A DNA stretch of 64,000 nucleotides from a bacterium (GTDB taxonomy: Bacteria > Desulfobacterota > Deferrisomatia > Deferrisomatales > BM512): assembly GCA_004322275.1 (NCBI GenBank), contig SCTA01000005.1, positions 71,817 through 135,816 on the forward strand, given 5' to 3'. Below the pieces are notes generated by a model. It was given only the letters and a program-made list of their open reading frames with translations. It searched no databases and was not told where the DNA came from. The position numbers were made by a program, and so were the translations under genes. Positions 54,440 to 63,257 of the stretch are shown here, piece by piece (position 1 is the stretch's first letter; each line of letters starts with the position of its first letter).

Positions 54440-56865
54440 TTCTTTTTCGTCGTTTTTCCGGCCTTCGCCCCCGGTTTCGCCTTGGGCTTGAGGGCGAGTT
54501 CCGCGACCTGATCCATGGTGGTGACGAAGTGGAACTCGATGGCCTTTCTGGCCTCCGGGGGGAGTTCCGACAGGTCTTTCCGGTTCCTTTCGGGAAGGAT
54601 GATCCTCTTTATTCCGGCCCTTCTCGCTGCAAGGCACTTTTCCTTGACGCCGCCGATGGGCAGGACCCTTCCTCGGAGGCTTATCTCGCCGGTCATCGCA
54701 AGCTTGCTGTCCACCGGCCTTCCCGTCATGAGGCTGAGGAGAGAGGTGGCGATGGTGATGCCCGCCGAGGGGCCGTCCTTGGGTATCGCGCCCGCGGGGA
54801 CGTGGACGTGGAACTGGCGCTTCTCGAAGAACTCGTTATCGACGCCGTACTCCTCCGCTTTTCCCCGCGCCCAGGAAAAAGCCGTCTGGGCGGACTCCTT
54901 CATAACGTCGCCGAGCTGCCCGGTGAGAATCAGCTTGCCGTGGCCAAGCGTGGTCGTCGATTCGATGAACAGGATTTCGCCGCCGGACTGAGTCCAGGCC
55001 AGCCCGTTGGTGACGCCCACAAGGTCCGCTTCAAGCCCCTCTTCCTCAAGAAAAATGGGCGGGCCGAGGTAGGAGGCGAGATTGCCCTTGGTGATCGTCT
55101 GGAGTTTGGACTGCCCTTCGGCCACCTTGCGCGCGACCTTGCGGCAGATGTTGGCTACCTCGCGCTCAAAGTTGCGAAGGCCGGATTCGCGGGTGTACTG
55201 GTCGGCTACCGCGCTGAGGGCTTCGTCGGAGAAGCGTATCTGTGAGGCGGTTATCCCCTGCTCGCTCATCTGGCGGGGGAGAATGTATTTTTTGCCGATT
55301 TTCAGCTTCTCCTCGCGGGTGTAGCCGGAAAGGCGGATTACCTCCATCCTGTCCAGAAGCGCCGGGGGTATCGGATCGGTCAAGTTCGCCGTGCAGATGA
55401 ACATGACGCCGGAGAGATCGAAAGCGACGTTGAGGTAGTGATCCTCGAAGGTGGAGTTCTGGGCGGGATCGAGGACCTCCAGGAGGGCGCTCGACGGGTC
55501 GCCGCGGAAATCCTGCCCGATCTTGTCCACCTCGTCGAGCACGAAGACGGGGTTGTTCGTCCCGGCCTTCTTGATGCCCTGTATCACCCTGCCGGGGAGA
55601 GCGCCCACGTAGGTGCGCCGGTGGCCGCGTATCTCCGCCTCGTCCTTGACTCCGCCGAGGCTCATGCGTACGAACTTTCTTCCCATAGCTCTGGCGATCG
55701 ACTGGCCGAGGCTCGTCTTGCCGACCCCGGGGGGGCCGACGAAGCAGAGTATCGGGCCCTTGGCGTCGGGCTTGAGTTTCTTGACGGCGAGGTGTTCGAG
55801 GATTCTCTCCTTCACCTTTTCCAGATTGTAGTGGTCTTCGTCGAGAACCTGTTTCGCGGCCTTCAAATCGAGGCGGTCCTTGGTGGCCTTCTTCCACGGC
55901 ACCGAGACCAGCCAGTCGATATAGGTGCGTATCACCGAGGCTTCCGCCGACGAAGGGGACATGTCTTTCAACCGGCCGAGTTCCTTTAGCGCCTCCTCGC
56001 GGGCCTCCTTGCTCATCTTCGCTTTTTCGATGGAGGCCTTGAGCTTGTCCATCTCCTCCGAGTGCTCGTCGCTCACCCCCAGCTCGTCCTGTATCGCCTT
56101 CATCTGCTGGCGAAGGTAATACTCGCGCTGGGAACGGGACATCTCCTCCTTGGCGGCGCTCTTTATCTTCTTCTGGACTTCGAGGACCTGCAACTCGCGC
56201 TCGATGAGGGCGAGCACGAGTTCGAGGCGGGCCCTGGGCTGCGGCTCCGAGAGAATGGAAATGGCGTCGGAGAGTTTCAGGTTCATGTTGGCCGCGACTA
56301 TGTCGGCCAGCCTGCCCATGTCCTCGACGTTTTCGAGGACCATCATGATCTCGGTGGAGATTCCCTTGCCCTGATCGACGACGGCCTCCACCTTCTCGCG
56401 CACCGAGCGGATAAGAGCCTCGGATTCAAAATCGGTAGCAGTACCGGCCACTTCCGGCATGGGCTGGATTCTCACCTGAAGGAAAGGGTCCCTGGAGACC
56501 AGTTCCAGCCTGCGGGCGCGGGTGAGCCCCTGCACCAGTATCTTCACCCTCCCGTCGGGGAGCTTTAACATTCTCATTATGAGGCCGACGGTCCCGATAT
56601 CATGGAGACCCTTTTCGTCGGGGTCCTCGTCGGTTATCTCTTTCTGGGTGTTTAAAAAGATCATCCTCCCGGCCTTGAGGGATTCCTCGACGGCCTTTAT
56701 CGAGCGGTCGCGCCCGACGAAGAGGGGGAGGATCATATAGGGAAAGATGACCACGTCCCGGATGGGCAACATGGGCATCAATTCGGGGATTTCGGCTTTC
56801 TCGGGGTCGAAGCCTTCGGGAAGTCCGTCGGCCGCTCCGCCAAGGGGGGTATCGTCGATAGCCAT
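54436..56865 (-). CDS. lon: ATP-dependent Lon protease
   Basis: The ATG at 56865 has an AAAAGGA RBS. It has a Lon N-terminal domain, Walker A GPPGVGKTS and the protease-domain motif DGPSAGITIATSLLS (catalytic Ser). Confidence 0.95.
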   Translation of the reverse strand: MAIDDTPLGGAADGLPEGFDPEKAEIPELMPMLPIRDVVIFPYMILPLFVGRDRSIKAVEESLKAGRMIFLNTQKEITDEDPDEKGLHDIGTVGLIMRMLKLPDGRVKILVQGLTRARRLELVSRDPFLQVRIQPMPEVAGTATDFESEALIRSVREKVEAVVDQGKGISTEIMMVLENVEDMGRLADIVAANMNLKLSDAISILSEPQPRARLELVLALIERELQVLEVQKKIKSAAKEEMSRSQREYYLRQQMKAIQDELGVSDEHSEEMDKLKASIEKAKMSKEAREEALKELGRLKDMSPSSAEASVIRTYIDWLVSVPWKKATKDRLDLKAAKQVLDEDHYNLEKVKERILEHLAVKKLKPDAKGPILCFVGPPGVGKTSLGQSIARAMGRKFVRMSLGGVKDEAEIRGHRRTYVGALPGRVIQGIKKAGTNNPVFVLDEVDKIGQDFRGDPSSALLEVLDPAQNSTFEDHYLNVAFDLSGVMFICTANLTDPIPPALLDRMEVIRLSGYTREEKLKIGKKYILPRQMSEQGITASQIRFSDEALSAVADQYTRESGLRNFEREVANICRKVARKVAEGQSKLQTITKGNLASYLGPPIFLEEEGLEADLVGVTNGLAWTQSGGEILFIESTTTLGHGKLILTGQLGDVMKESAQTAFSWARGKAEEYGVDNEFFEKRQFHVHVPAGAIPKDGPSAGITIATSLLSLMTGRPVDSKLAMTGEISLRGRVLPIGGVKEKCLAARRAGIKRIILPERNRKDLSELPPEARKAIEFHFVTTMDQVAELALKPKAKPGAKAGKTTKKK

Positions 56866-56962
56866 ATCTATCCTTTTCCACCGCGCGAAACTGTTTTGGG
56901 CGTTCACGCGATTTATTTACGGTGCATTTGTCTTTAAATGATAGTCACCGCTTTTGCCATCG

Positions 56963-58879
56963 TCAAGAAACCCCGCCGCTGATTTTAAAAAACTCTTCGA
57001 TGTCGCCGATGTTTCTTGTGAAGGGCGCGGGGGGCAGGTTTTTCCTCAGAAATCCCCCGTACCCCTTTTTAAGGATGCGCTGGTCCAGTATCGCGATGAT
57101 TCCTCTGTCTCCGACGCTCCGGATAAGCCTTCCCGCGCCCTGCCGCAGCGACATGGCCGCCATAGGGAGCTGGTACTGGTTGAAAGCGGAGCCGCCGTCG
57201 GCGGAGATCTTTTCGATGCGCGCCTCGACGAGCGGATCGCCGGGGCTGGAGAAGGGGAGCTTGTCTATTATCACCGCCGAGAGGGCTTCGCCGGGCACGT
57301 CCACCCCTTCCCAGAAGGCCTGCGCCCCCAGAAGCACCGAATGGACGTCGCTGCGGAATTTTTTCAGCAGCGCATCCCTCGGGGCCTCCCCCTGCACCAG
57401 CAGGGTAAAGCCGAGGCGCGAGCCCCCGAGGCGGGCGGCGACCTCTCTTAGCACCCGGTGCGAGGTGAAGAGGCAAAAAGCCCTCCCGGAGGTAAGGGAG
57501 AGTATCTTCTTCAGCTCCTCGGCGACGGCGCCGGCGAAGGCGGAGTCGGAGGGGTCGGGCATCTTCTCGGGGACGTAGAAAAGGCACTGTTTCGCGTAAT
57601 TGAAAGGCCCCTCGATGGTTATCTCCCCCGCTTCCTCCGGTATGCCGAGCCTTCCCCTGAGGTAGGAAAAGGAGTTGCCGACCCTAAGGGTGGCCGAAGT
57701 CAGCACAATCGGTTTTTGTCCGGCGAAGAGGCGTTCCGAGAGGGCGGGGCCGACCTCCACGGGTACGCTCGAAAGGTGAACGGAGCGGCCCCTCGTCTCC
57801 GCCCATCTCACCTCTCCGGGTTTCGGGGGCTCCAGGAAGGAGCGAAGGTCGCCGAGCAGCAGCGCGGCCCGCCTTGAAACCGCCTCGCTCTCCTCGTCTT
57901 CGGCGAAATTGTCTCTTATGGCTACCGTAAGCTGCTCCAGAGCCCCGGCCAGAAGGCCAAGCCTCCTCCCCGGCTCGCCGGAAAAGGATTCGCGAAGGCG
58001 TAGCGAGTTCTCGCTCGGGCCGAAGACCGTCCAGAAGGCGAAGGAGGCGTTTTCCAGGTCTTCGAGGGCGGTCAGGAGAGCCGGGGGAAGGGATTTTTTC
58101 TTCCCCCCGAGGGCGTTGGCCGCGTCGCGCAGAAGCTCGGCGGTCTGGCCGGAGCTTACGCGGGTTCCGAAATACTGGGTCGCCACCTGCTCGATGTGGT
58201 GCGCCTCGTCGAAGATTACCGCCGAGGAGGCGGGGATGACCTCGCCCCCCGAGGAGCGGATGGAGAGGTCCGCGAAGTAGAGATGGTGGTTCACTACAAC
58301 TATCTGGGCCTTCGCGGCGGCTTTTCGCACAGCCTGAAGGTAACAGTTCTGGGTTTCGGCGCAGCGCGAGCCGAGGCAGTTGTCGGAGGTGGCGCAGACC
58401 TGACGCCAGACCTCGAAATCCTCCGGCAGGTCTTCAAGCTCTCCCCTGTCTCCCGTTTTTGTCTTCTCGGCCCACTCCCAGAGGGCGTCAGCCACCGAGC
58501 CGAGGCGAAGCCCCCCCTGCGAGGCGAACCTCTTGTACCTTCTTAGGCAGAGGTAGTTCTCCCTGCCCTTGAGGAGCACCGCGGAAACGGGTTTTTCGAG
58601 GATGCGCTCGACGAGCGGGGCGTCGCGGCCGATAATCTGGTTCTGAAGGGTCTTGGTGGCCGTGGAAATGGTGACCTTGCGGCCCGAGAGGACGGCTGGA
58701 AGGAGGTAGGCGAGGGTCTTGCCCGTGCCGGTTCCCGCTTCGGCAAGAAGGACGCCGCCTTCCGAAAGGGTCTTTGCGACTCTTTCGGCCAGTTTCGCCT
58801 GCTCCGGGCGGAAGTCGTAGTTCTCGACAGCTCCGGCCAGAGGCCCGGAGGGGGAGAAGAGTCCGGTAAGGTCGTCCAC
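56963..58879 (-). CDS. dinG: DinG/Rad3-family ATP-dependent DNA helicase (Fe-S type)
   Basis: 638 aa. It has Walker A AGTGTGKTLAYLLP, DEAH (IFDEAHHIE) and a Cys cluster region (YLCLRR...CATSDNCLGSRCAETQNCY). Confidence 0.85.
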   Translation of the reverse strand: MDDLTGLFSPSGPLAGAVENYDFRPEQAKLAERVAKTLSEGGVLLAEAGTGTGKTLAYLLPAVLSGRKVTISTATKTLQNQIIGRDAPLVERILEKPVSAVLLKGRENYLCLRRYKRFASQGGLRLGSVADALWEWAEKTKTGDRGELEDLPEDFEVWRQVCATSDNCLGSRCAETQNCYLQAVRKAAAKAQIVVVNHHLYFADLSIRSSGGEVIPASSAVIFDEAHHIEQVATQYFGTRVSSGQTAELLRDAANALGGKKKSLPPALLTALEDLENASFAFWTVFGPSENSLRLRESFSGEPGRRLGLLAGALEQLTVAIRDNFAEDEESEAVSRRAALLLGDLRSFLEPPKPGEVRWAETRGRSVHLSSVPVEVGPALSERLFAGQKPIVLTSATLRVGNSFSYLRGRLGIPEEAGEITIEGPFNYAKQCLFYVPEKMPDPSDSAFAGAVAEELKKILSLTSGRAFCLFTSHRVLREVAARLGGSRLGFTLLVQGEAPRDALLKKFRSDVHSVLLGAQAFWEGVDVPGEALSAVIIDKLPFSSPGDPLVEARIEKISADGGSAFNQYQLPMAAMSLRQGAGRLIRSVGDRGIIAILDQRILKKGYGGFLRKNLPPAPFTRNIGDIEEFFKISGGVS

Positions 58880-58885
58880 GCCGGG

Positions 58886-59110
58886 CTACCGGGGAGGCAT
58901 TCTTTTGAGCGGGCTTGGGGGCAGCGAGGAGCTCTGTTCCGCTCCGAGTTCTTCGATGGTGGATACCTTCTCCACAGGTATTTCGCTGTGGCCGGTGGAA
59001 GAGCGCAGGATCACCGATTCCAGGCCGATCTCCAGAAGGATTCCGGTGTAGGTCAGCCCCCCGGCTTTGACCAGCACGTTTTTTCCGATGAGTTTTCTTG
59101 GCTCCTTCAT
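58886..59110 (-). CDS. Hypothetical small protein
   Basis: 74 aa. The first 50 residues or so look like a small beta-barrel (KLIGKNVLVKAGGLTYTGILLEIGLESVILRS). No family was recognised. It lies between gspK and dinG. Confidence 0.35.
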   Translation of the reverse strand: MKEPRKLIGKNVLVKAGGLTYTGILLEIGLESVILRSSTGHSEIPVEKVSTIEELGAEQSSSLPPSPLKRMPPR

Positions 59111-59123
59111 TTCTTTTTCCCCG

Positions 59124-60029
59124 TCACATCTGCGTCCAGTCGACTATCTGGTATACGCCTTTTTTTTGTTCAAATATCGCTTCGGCCTTCGCCCTCACCT
59201 CCCGCACGTCCGCTTCGATTCGCACCTGTAGCCTTGTAGAGGAAATTTTCGGGTCCAGCAAGCGGTCCCTGCGGGGAAAGAGCACGTTAAGGTCCGCCGT
59301 TGTCGCCGGGGCGGTGGTAAAAAGGTCGTAGTCGTTTTGCGCGTCCGCAAGGTCAACGTAGTTTTTGTTAAGCGCGTAGAGCACGGGCGCGGAGGCGGTG
59401 TTTACGTTTACGGCTTTCCCGGTTCTGGCGTCCAGGTGGGAAAGTATCCTGTCCAGCGCGTATTTTGGCAGTTTGTCGTAGCCCTTTATCCGTCCGATCT
59501 CGTCGAGATGTTTGGGAACCGAGTCGGGAACGGTGAAGTTTTCGTTGAATTCGTAGTTGCCCGAGACGTCGCCGTCGATCCAGTCCACCAGAGCCCCCGC
59601 CAACTCTTCGGGGGTAGCGTCCTCTATTTCCAGCGAGTCTATCAGCCGCTTGTAGGCTTCGTAGACGTTGGTTACGGCCTTGCCGTTGCTGTCGACAAGC
59701 GCTCCGATGGGGAATTTGCCTTCGGCGTCCTCGATCTTTACCAGCACCGTGCTTTGCTCTACGGGTATCAGCTGCCCTTCCTCGGAGTACCACAGTTCGG
59801 TTCTGTCGATATTCGGCGAGCCCAGCGCGCGCATCATCGCCAGACCCGCCGCGGCGCCCGAGTGCACCATAGCCTGCGCCTCGATTGAGGCGAGGATGTT
59901 GTCGGCGTAGTTTTGCTCCACCCTCGCCTCGCGCTGGAACTCTACCACGCTGACCGTCAGAAAAGCGATAATCGCTATGACGAGGAGTAGCGCCGCTCCC
60001 TTTTCGCGCTTCAATGGAAGCCCTCCCAT
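59124..60029 (-). CDS. gspK: Type II secretion minor pseudopilin GspK
   Basis: 301 aa. It has an N-terminal hydrophobic helix (GAALLLVIAIIAFLTV) and the VNVNTASAPVLYAL helix-hairpin-helix-like motif typical of GspK. Confidence 0.75.
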   Translation of the reverse strand: MGGLPLKREKGAALLLVIAIIAFLTVSVVEFQREARVEQNYADNILASIEAQAMVHSGAAAGLAMMRALGSPNIDRTELWYSEEGQLIPVEQSTVLVKIEDAEGKFPIGALVDSNGKAVTNVYEAYKRLIDSLEIEDATPEELAGALVDWIDGDVSGNYEFNENFTVPDSVPKHLDEIGRIKGYDKLPKYALDRILSHLDARTGKAVNVNTASAPVLYALNKNYVDLADAQNDYDLFTTAPATTADLNVLFPRRDRLLDPKISSTRLQVRIEADVREVRAKAEAIFEQKKGVYQIVDWTQM

Positions 60030-60644
60030 TTACGGAGCCCAGACCGGCGTCGAGCAGGTGAGTATCTTCTCAACGGAGTTTTTCTCCAGCCAGACCAGAG
60101 TAAGCCTTACCGCAAGGGGGAGCTTGGGGTCCGGCAGACCTCTGTAATCCCACTCGCCGGTCCAGCCGTCGTCGTCGTACCCCTCTATGGTAAGCCTTTT
60201 TACCCGTTCCATCATCACGAGGGAGAGGCCGTCGCGGTCGATGTCTCCGAAGGGGTCGGCCATCTCGGTCCGGACTATCTTGTAAAGGCCGTCCTCCTCT
60301 TTATCCTCCGTGAGCTCGTAGCGGACGGTGGTGTCGCCGCCCTCCCGCATGCCCGCCACCCGAGGGGTTCGCGTGGAGAATTCCACCGTGGAGTTCTTGT
60401 CGAAATCAGTTTTCAGTAAAAACAGGGTCTGGTCGGGCCTGCTGTCGTTCTGAAAGGTCATGGAGAGCTCGTCCGCCATGCGGTGGAGCAACGAGACGGA
60501 GCCGTGAGAGGAGATGGTGAGTTCGGAGCTGGATTTTTTGTTTCTGGCGACGGCGGTGTAGGTCCCCTGTATCAGGACCATAAGTATCGCCAGCAGCATA
60601 AGCCCCATAAGGACTTCGACAAGGGTGAAGCCGCGCCTCGTCAT
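60030..60644 (-). CDS. gspJ: Type II secretion minor pseudopilin GspJ
   Basis: 204 aa with the prepilin N-terminus MTRRGFTLVEVLMGLMLLAIL. Its position follows gspI. Confidence 0.7.
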   Translation of the reverse strand: MTRRGFTLVEVLMGLMLLAILMVLIQGTYTAVARNKKSSSELTISSHGSVSLLHRMADELSMTFQNDSRPDQTLFLLKTDFDKNSTVEFSTRTPRVAGMREGGDTTVRYELTEDKEEDGLYKIVRTEMADPFGDIDRDGLSLVMMERVKRLTIEGYDDDGWTGEWDYRGLPDPKLPLAVRLTLVWLEKNSVEKILTCSTPVWAP

Positions 60645-61093
60645 GGTGCCACCGCGTAGTAGGTCATCGTCACGTGAAAAGGTTTCTGGTTTTCTTCCCA
60701 GTCGATGGTAAGAACAACCTTTCGCACGGTGTCGAGGCCCGCGGGAACGACCATCCCGCCCGCTGCGGGGTCGATGCCGAGGCTCGTCAGGGTGCTCGTG
60801 AGCATCCCCGTGATGTCCGCCTCGCTTATCTTTCGCGTCCAGGCGTAGCCGGGAAAGTTTTCGCCGAAATCCCCCTTGTCCTCGGCTATGGAAGGGTACC
60901 CCCCCAGCTCGGTTTCGGTGAGGATGTTTCTCAGGAGGGCGGAAGCGGTGAAGAGGCGTCTGGCGTGGGCTTCCTGACGCGAGGCGGCGGTGTGCCCGGC
61001 GAGGAGCACCCCGAAGGACGCCGCGAAGATGGCAAGGGCCACCATCAGCTCGACGAAGCTAAAACCCTTTTCGTTCCATCTCGACGCGGCCAT
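60641..61093 (-). CDS. gspI: Type II secretion minor pseudopilin GspI
   Basis: 150 aa with the prepilin N-terminus EKGFSFVELMVALAIFA. It overlaps gspJ by 4 nt. Confidence 0.7.
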   Translation of the reverse strand: MAASRWNEKGFSFVELMVALAIFAASFGVLLAGHTAASRQEAHARRLFTASALLRNILTETELGGYPSIAEDKGDFGENFPGYAWTRKISEADITGMLTSTLTSLGIDPAAGGMVVPAGLDTVRKVVLTIDWEENQKPFHVTMTYYAVAP

Positions 61094-61582
61094 CCTTCAA
61101 CTCCGTGCGCCCTGTGAGGGGGTTGACGATAAGGGTGTAGAGGCGGCTTTCGCCCTCTTCCTCCATGTGTATCCAGGTTGGGGTAGCGTACCCCTGGGGT
61201 ACGAAGAGGGTCATCGCCGTTTCGCCCGCTTCGCGCCCCTTGTAGGGCGTCTCTACGTCCACGATCCGCAGCCCCTCGGGGAGCTTTGTCTCTTTTACCG
61301 GGAGGGAGTCGTTGGGCTCGTACTCGGCGGTCTCGTCATTCATCTCCCCCGCCCAGTACTTCTGCTCGTCAAGGTCATAGACGAGGGCAAGGCTTTTTTT
61401 TTGAAGGAGGCGTATTCGTGGAGGGACTGGATGCCGTAGGCGAGGGTGCGGAGTGACTCTTTTTTTCTCGCGCCGGTGAAATCCGGCAGACGGGGCAGCG
61501 CTATCGAGGTGACCACCGAGATTATCAGTATCACGAGGATAAGCTCGATAAGCGTAAAGCCGCTCCGGCGCGCTTTGGTCAA
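61059..61582 (-). pseudogene. gspH: Type II secretion pseudopilin GspH, interrupted by a frameshift in an A9 tract
   Basis: The TTG at 61582 (TTGA overlap with the gspG stop) gives MTKARRSGFTLIELILVIL...HEYASFKKK. The frame breaks at T9 (61394-61402 on the plus strand), and the second half continues in ORF 61059..61343. One extra A restores a 174-aa protein. Confidence 0.75.
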
Positions 61583-62037
61583 TTTATTTCCCAGCTGTTT
61601 ATGTCGGCGTTTTCGTCTTCCCCGCCGGGCATGCCGTCGGCTCCGTAACTGACGATGTCGTAGGGGCCGTTTGAGCCGGGGCTCAGGTAGATGTATTTGT
61701 TGCCCCAAGGGTCCTTGGGAACGCCCTTCTGGAGGTATCCTCCCGCGCGCCATTCCTTGGCGTCCTTGCCGGTTGCGGGTTTTGAGACGAGGGCTTCGAG
61801 CCCCTGCTCCGTGGAGGGGAAAAAGCCGTTTTCCACCTCGAACTGCGAGAGGGCGTCTTCCAGCGAGCGTATCTGGATCTTCGCGGCGCTGACCCTGGCC
61901 TTGGCCGTCTGCCCGGTGAATTTCGGCAGGACGATGGCGGCGAGGATGCCGAGCACGGTTATGACGACCAGAAGCTCGACAAGGGTGAAACCGGACCTTT
62001 TGTTTATCTTCATTGTTTTTTGATTTTCTCTTTTCAT
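61579..62037 (-). CDS. gspG: Type II secretion major pseudopilin GspG
   Basis: The sequence KRSGFTLVELLVVITVLGILAAIVLPKF is followed by the GspG core (DPWGNKYIYLSPG..GPYDIVSYGADG). The start is ATG 62037 (ATGA overlap with gspF) or ATG 62013. Confidence 0.9.
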   Translation of the reverse strand: MKRENQKTMKINKRSGFTLVELLVVITVLGILAAIVLPKFTGQTAKARVSAAKIQIRSLEDALSQFEVENGFFPSTEQGLEALVSKPATGKDAKEWRAGGYLQKGVPKDPWGNKYIYLSPGSNGPYDIVSYGADGMPGGEDENADINSWEIN

Positions 62038-63254
62038 CCGAGTGCTTCCGTAAGGTCGAAAATGGGCAAAAGTATTGACAAGACTACGAATCCGACCGCT
62101 ATTCCCATAGCAAGAATCATAAGTGGTTCAAGGAGGGCTGTCAAGGAAGCCACCGCTGACTCTATTCTGGATTCGTAGCTGTCGGCTATCTTGAGGAGCA
62201 TCCGGTCGAGCGCCCCGGACTCCTCGCCGACGGAGACCATCTGGCGAAATTCCGAGGGGAACTGCCCCGTGGCCTGCATCGCGGCGCGAAGGCTCTTGCC
62301 CTCCCGCACGTCCGCCTCCACCGATTCCACCGCCTCCTCCAGGACGGCGTTTCCGAGCACCGGCCTGCTTATTTCGAGGGCGAAGAGAAGCTTGACCCCG
62401 CCGGTCGTGAGGGTTCCGAGGGTTTTGGCGAAACGGGCCATCGCCGTTATCCGCAAAAAGGGCCCGAGGCGCGGAACCTTGAGGAGAAAAGTATCCACGG
62501 CCTTTCTTCCCGCCGGGGTCTTGAGGTAGGAGCGAAAGGTGATAATAGACAATACGACGGCGATGGCCGCGAAGGGCCAGTAAGAGCGCACCGCGTCGCT
62601 CAGCGCCAGCAGAATCCGCGTGGGAAGGGGCAGAGTCCTTCCGAGGTCCTCGAAGATCCCGGTGACCTGCGGCACCACCGAGCCTAGAAGGTAGATGAGA
62701 ATCCCCGCTCCGAGGCAGGTCATGAGTATCGGGTAGATCATCGCCGCCTGAATCTTGCGCTTGAGGGCGACCTGGCTTTCGATGAAATCCGCCAGCCTTC
62801 CGAGGACGAGGCCGAGGGTGCCGCTGGCCTCGCCTGAACGGACCATGTTTCTGAAAAAGTCGTTGAAGATTCGCGGGTGCTCCGAAAGGGCGTCGTGAAA
62901 GGACCTTCCCTCGTTGACCTTCTGGCGCACCTGCGAGAGGACGCGCCTCGCGTGGGCGGCCTCCATCTGGTCGATGAGGGAGGAGAGCGCCGCGACAAGG
63001 GGGAGGCCCGCGTCTATGAGCGTGGAAAGCTGGCGGGTGATGAGAGCGAGGTCGGACTGGGAGATCGAGCGCCGGAAAAGAAGCGGGAACTTCTCCTCGG
63101 CTCCGCTCTCCTCGACGGTGGAGACGAAAAGAGCGGTGGTGAAAACGCCGTCGCCCTTGAGCTTGCTCCTTGCCTGCCGCGGGCTTTCGGCCTCGATTAT
63201 CCCCGTGACCTCGCGCCCCTTCGCGTCAAGCCCCTCGTACTCGTAAACCGCCAA
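62034..63254 (-). CDS. gspF: Type II secretion platform protein GspF
   Basis: 406 aa. It has two T2SSF repeats and three TM segments, and lies between gspE and gspG. Confidence 0.9.
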   Translation of the reverse strand: MAVYEYEGLDAKGREVTGIIEAESPRQARSKLKGDGVFTTALFVSTVEESGAEEKFPLLFRRSISQSDLALITRQLSTLIDAGLPLVAALSSLIDQMEAAHARRVLSQVRQKVNEGRSFHDALSEHPRIFNDFFRNMVRSGEASGTLGLVLGRLADFIESQVALKRKIQAAMIYPILMTCLGAGILIYLLGSVVPQVTGIFEDLGRTLPLPTRILLALSDAVRSYWPFAAIAVVLSIITFRSYLKTPAGRKAVDTFLLKVPRLGPFLRITAMARFAKTLGTLTTGGVKLLFALEISRPVLGNAVLEEAVESVEADVREGKSLRAAMQATGQFPSEFRQMVSVGEESGALDRMLLKIADSYESRIESAVASLTALLEPLMILAMGIAVGFVVLSILLPIFDLTEALG

Positions 63255-63257
63255 CGC

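Noticed and set aside
61340-61753. The 137-aa ORF as annotated in the track (start at 61753).
   Set aside because: Its first approximately 57 codons overlap gspG in another frame and are Arg-rich. The real gspH start is the TTG at 61582, which yields a normal short prepilin leader.
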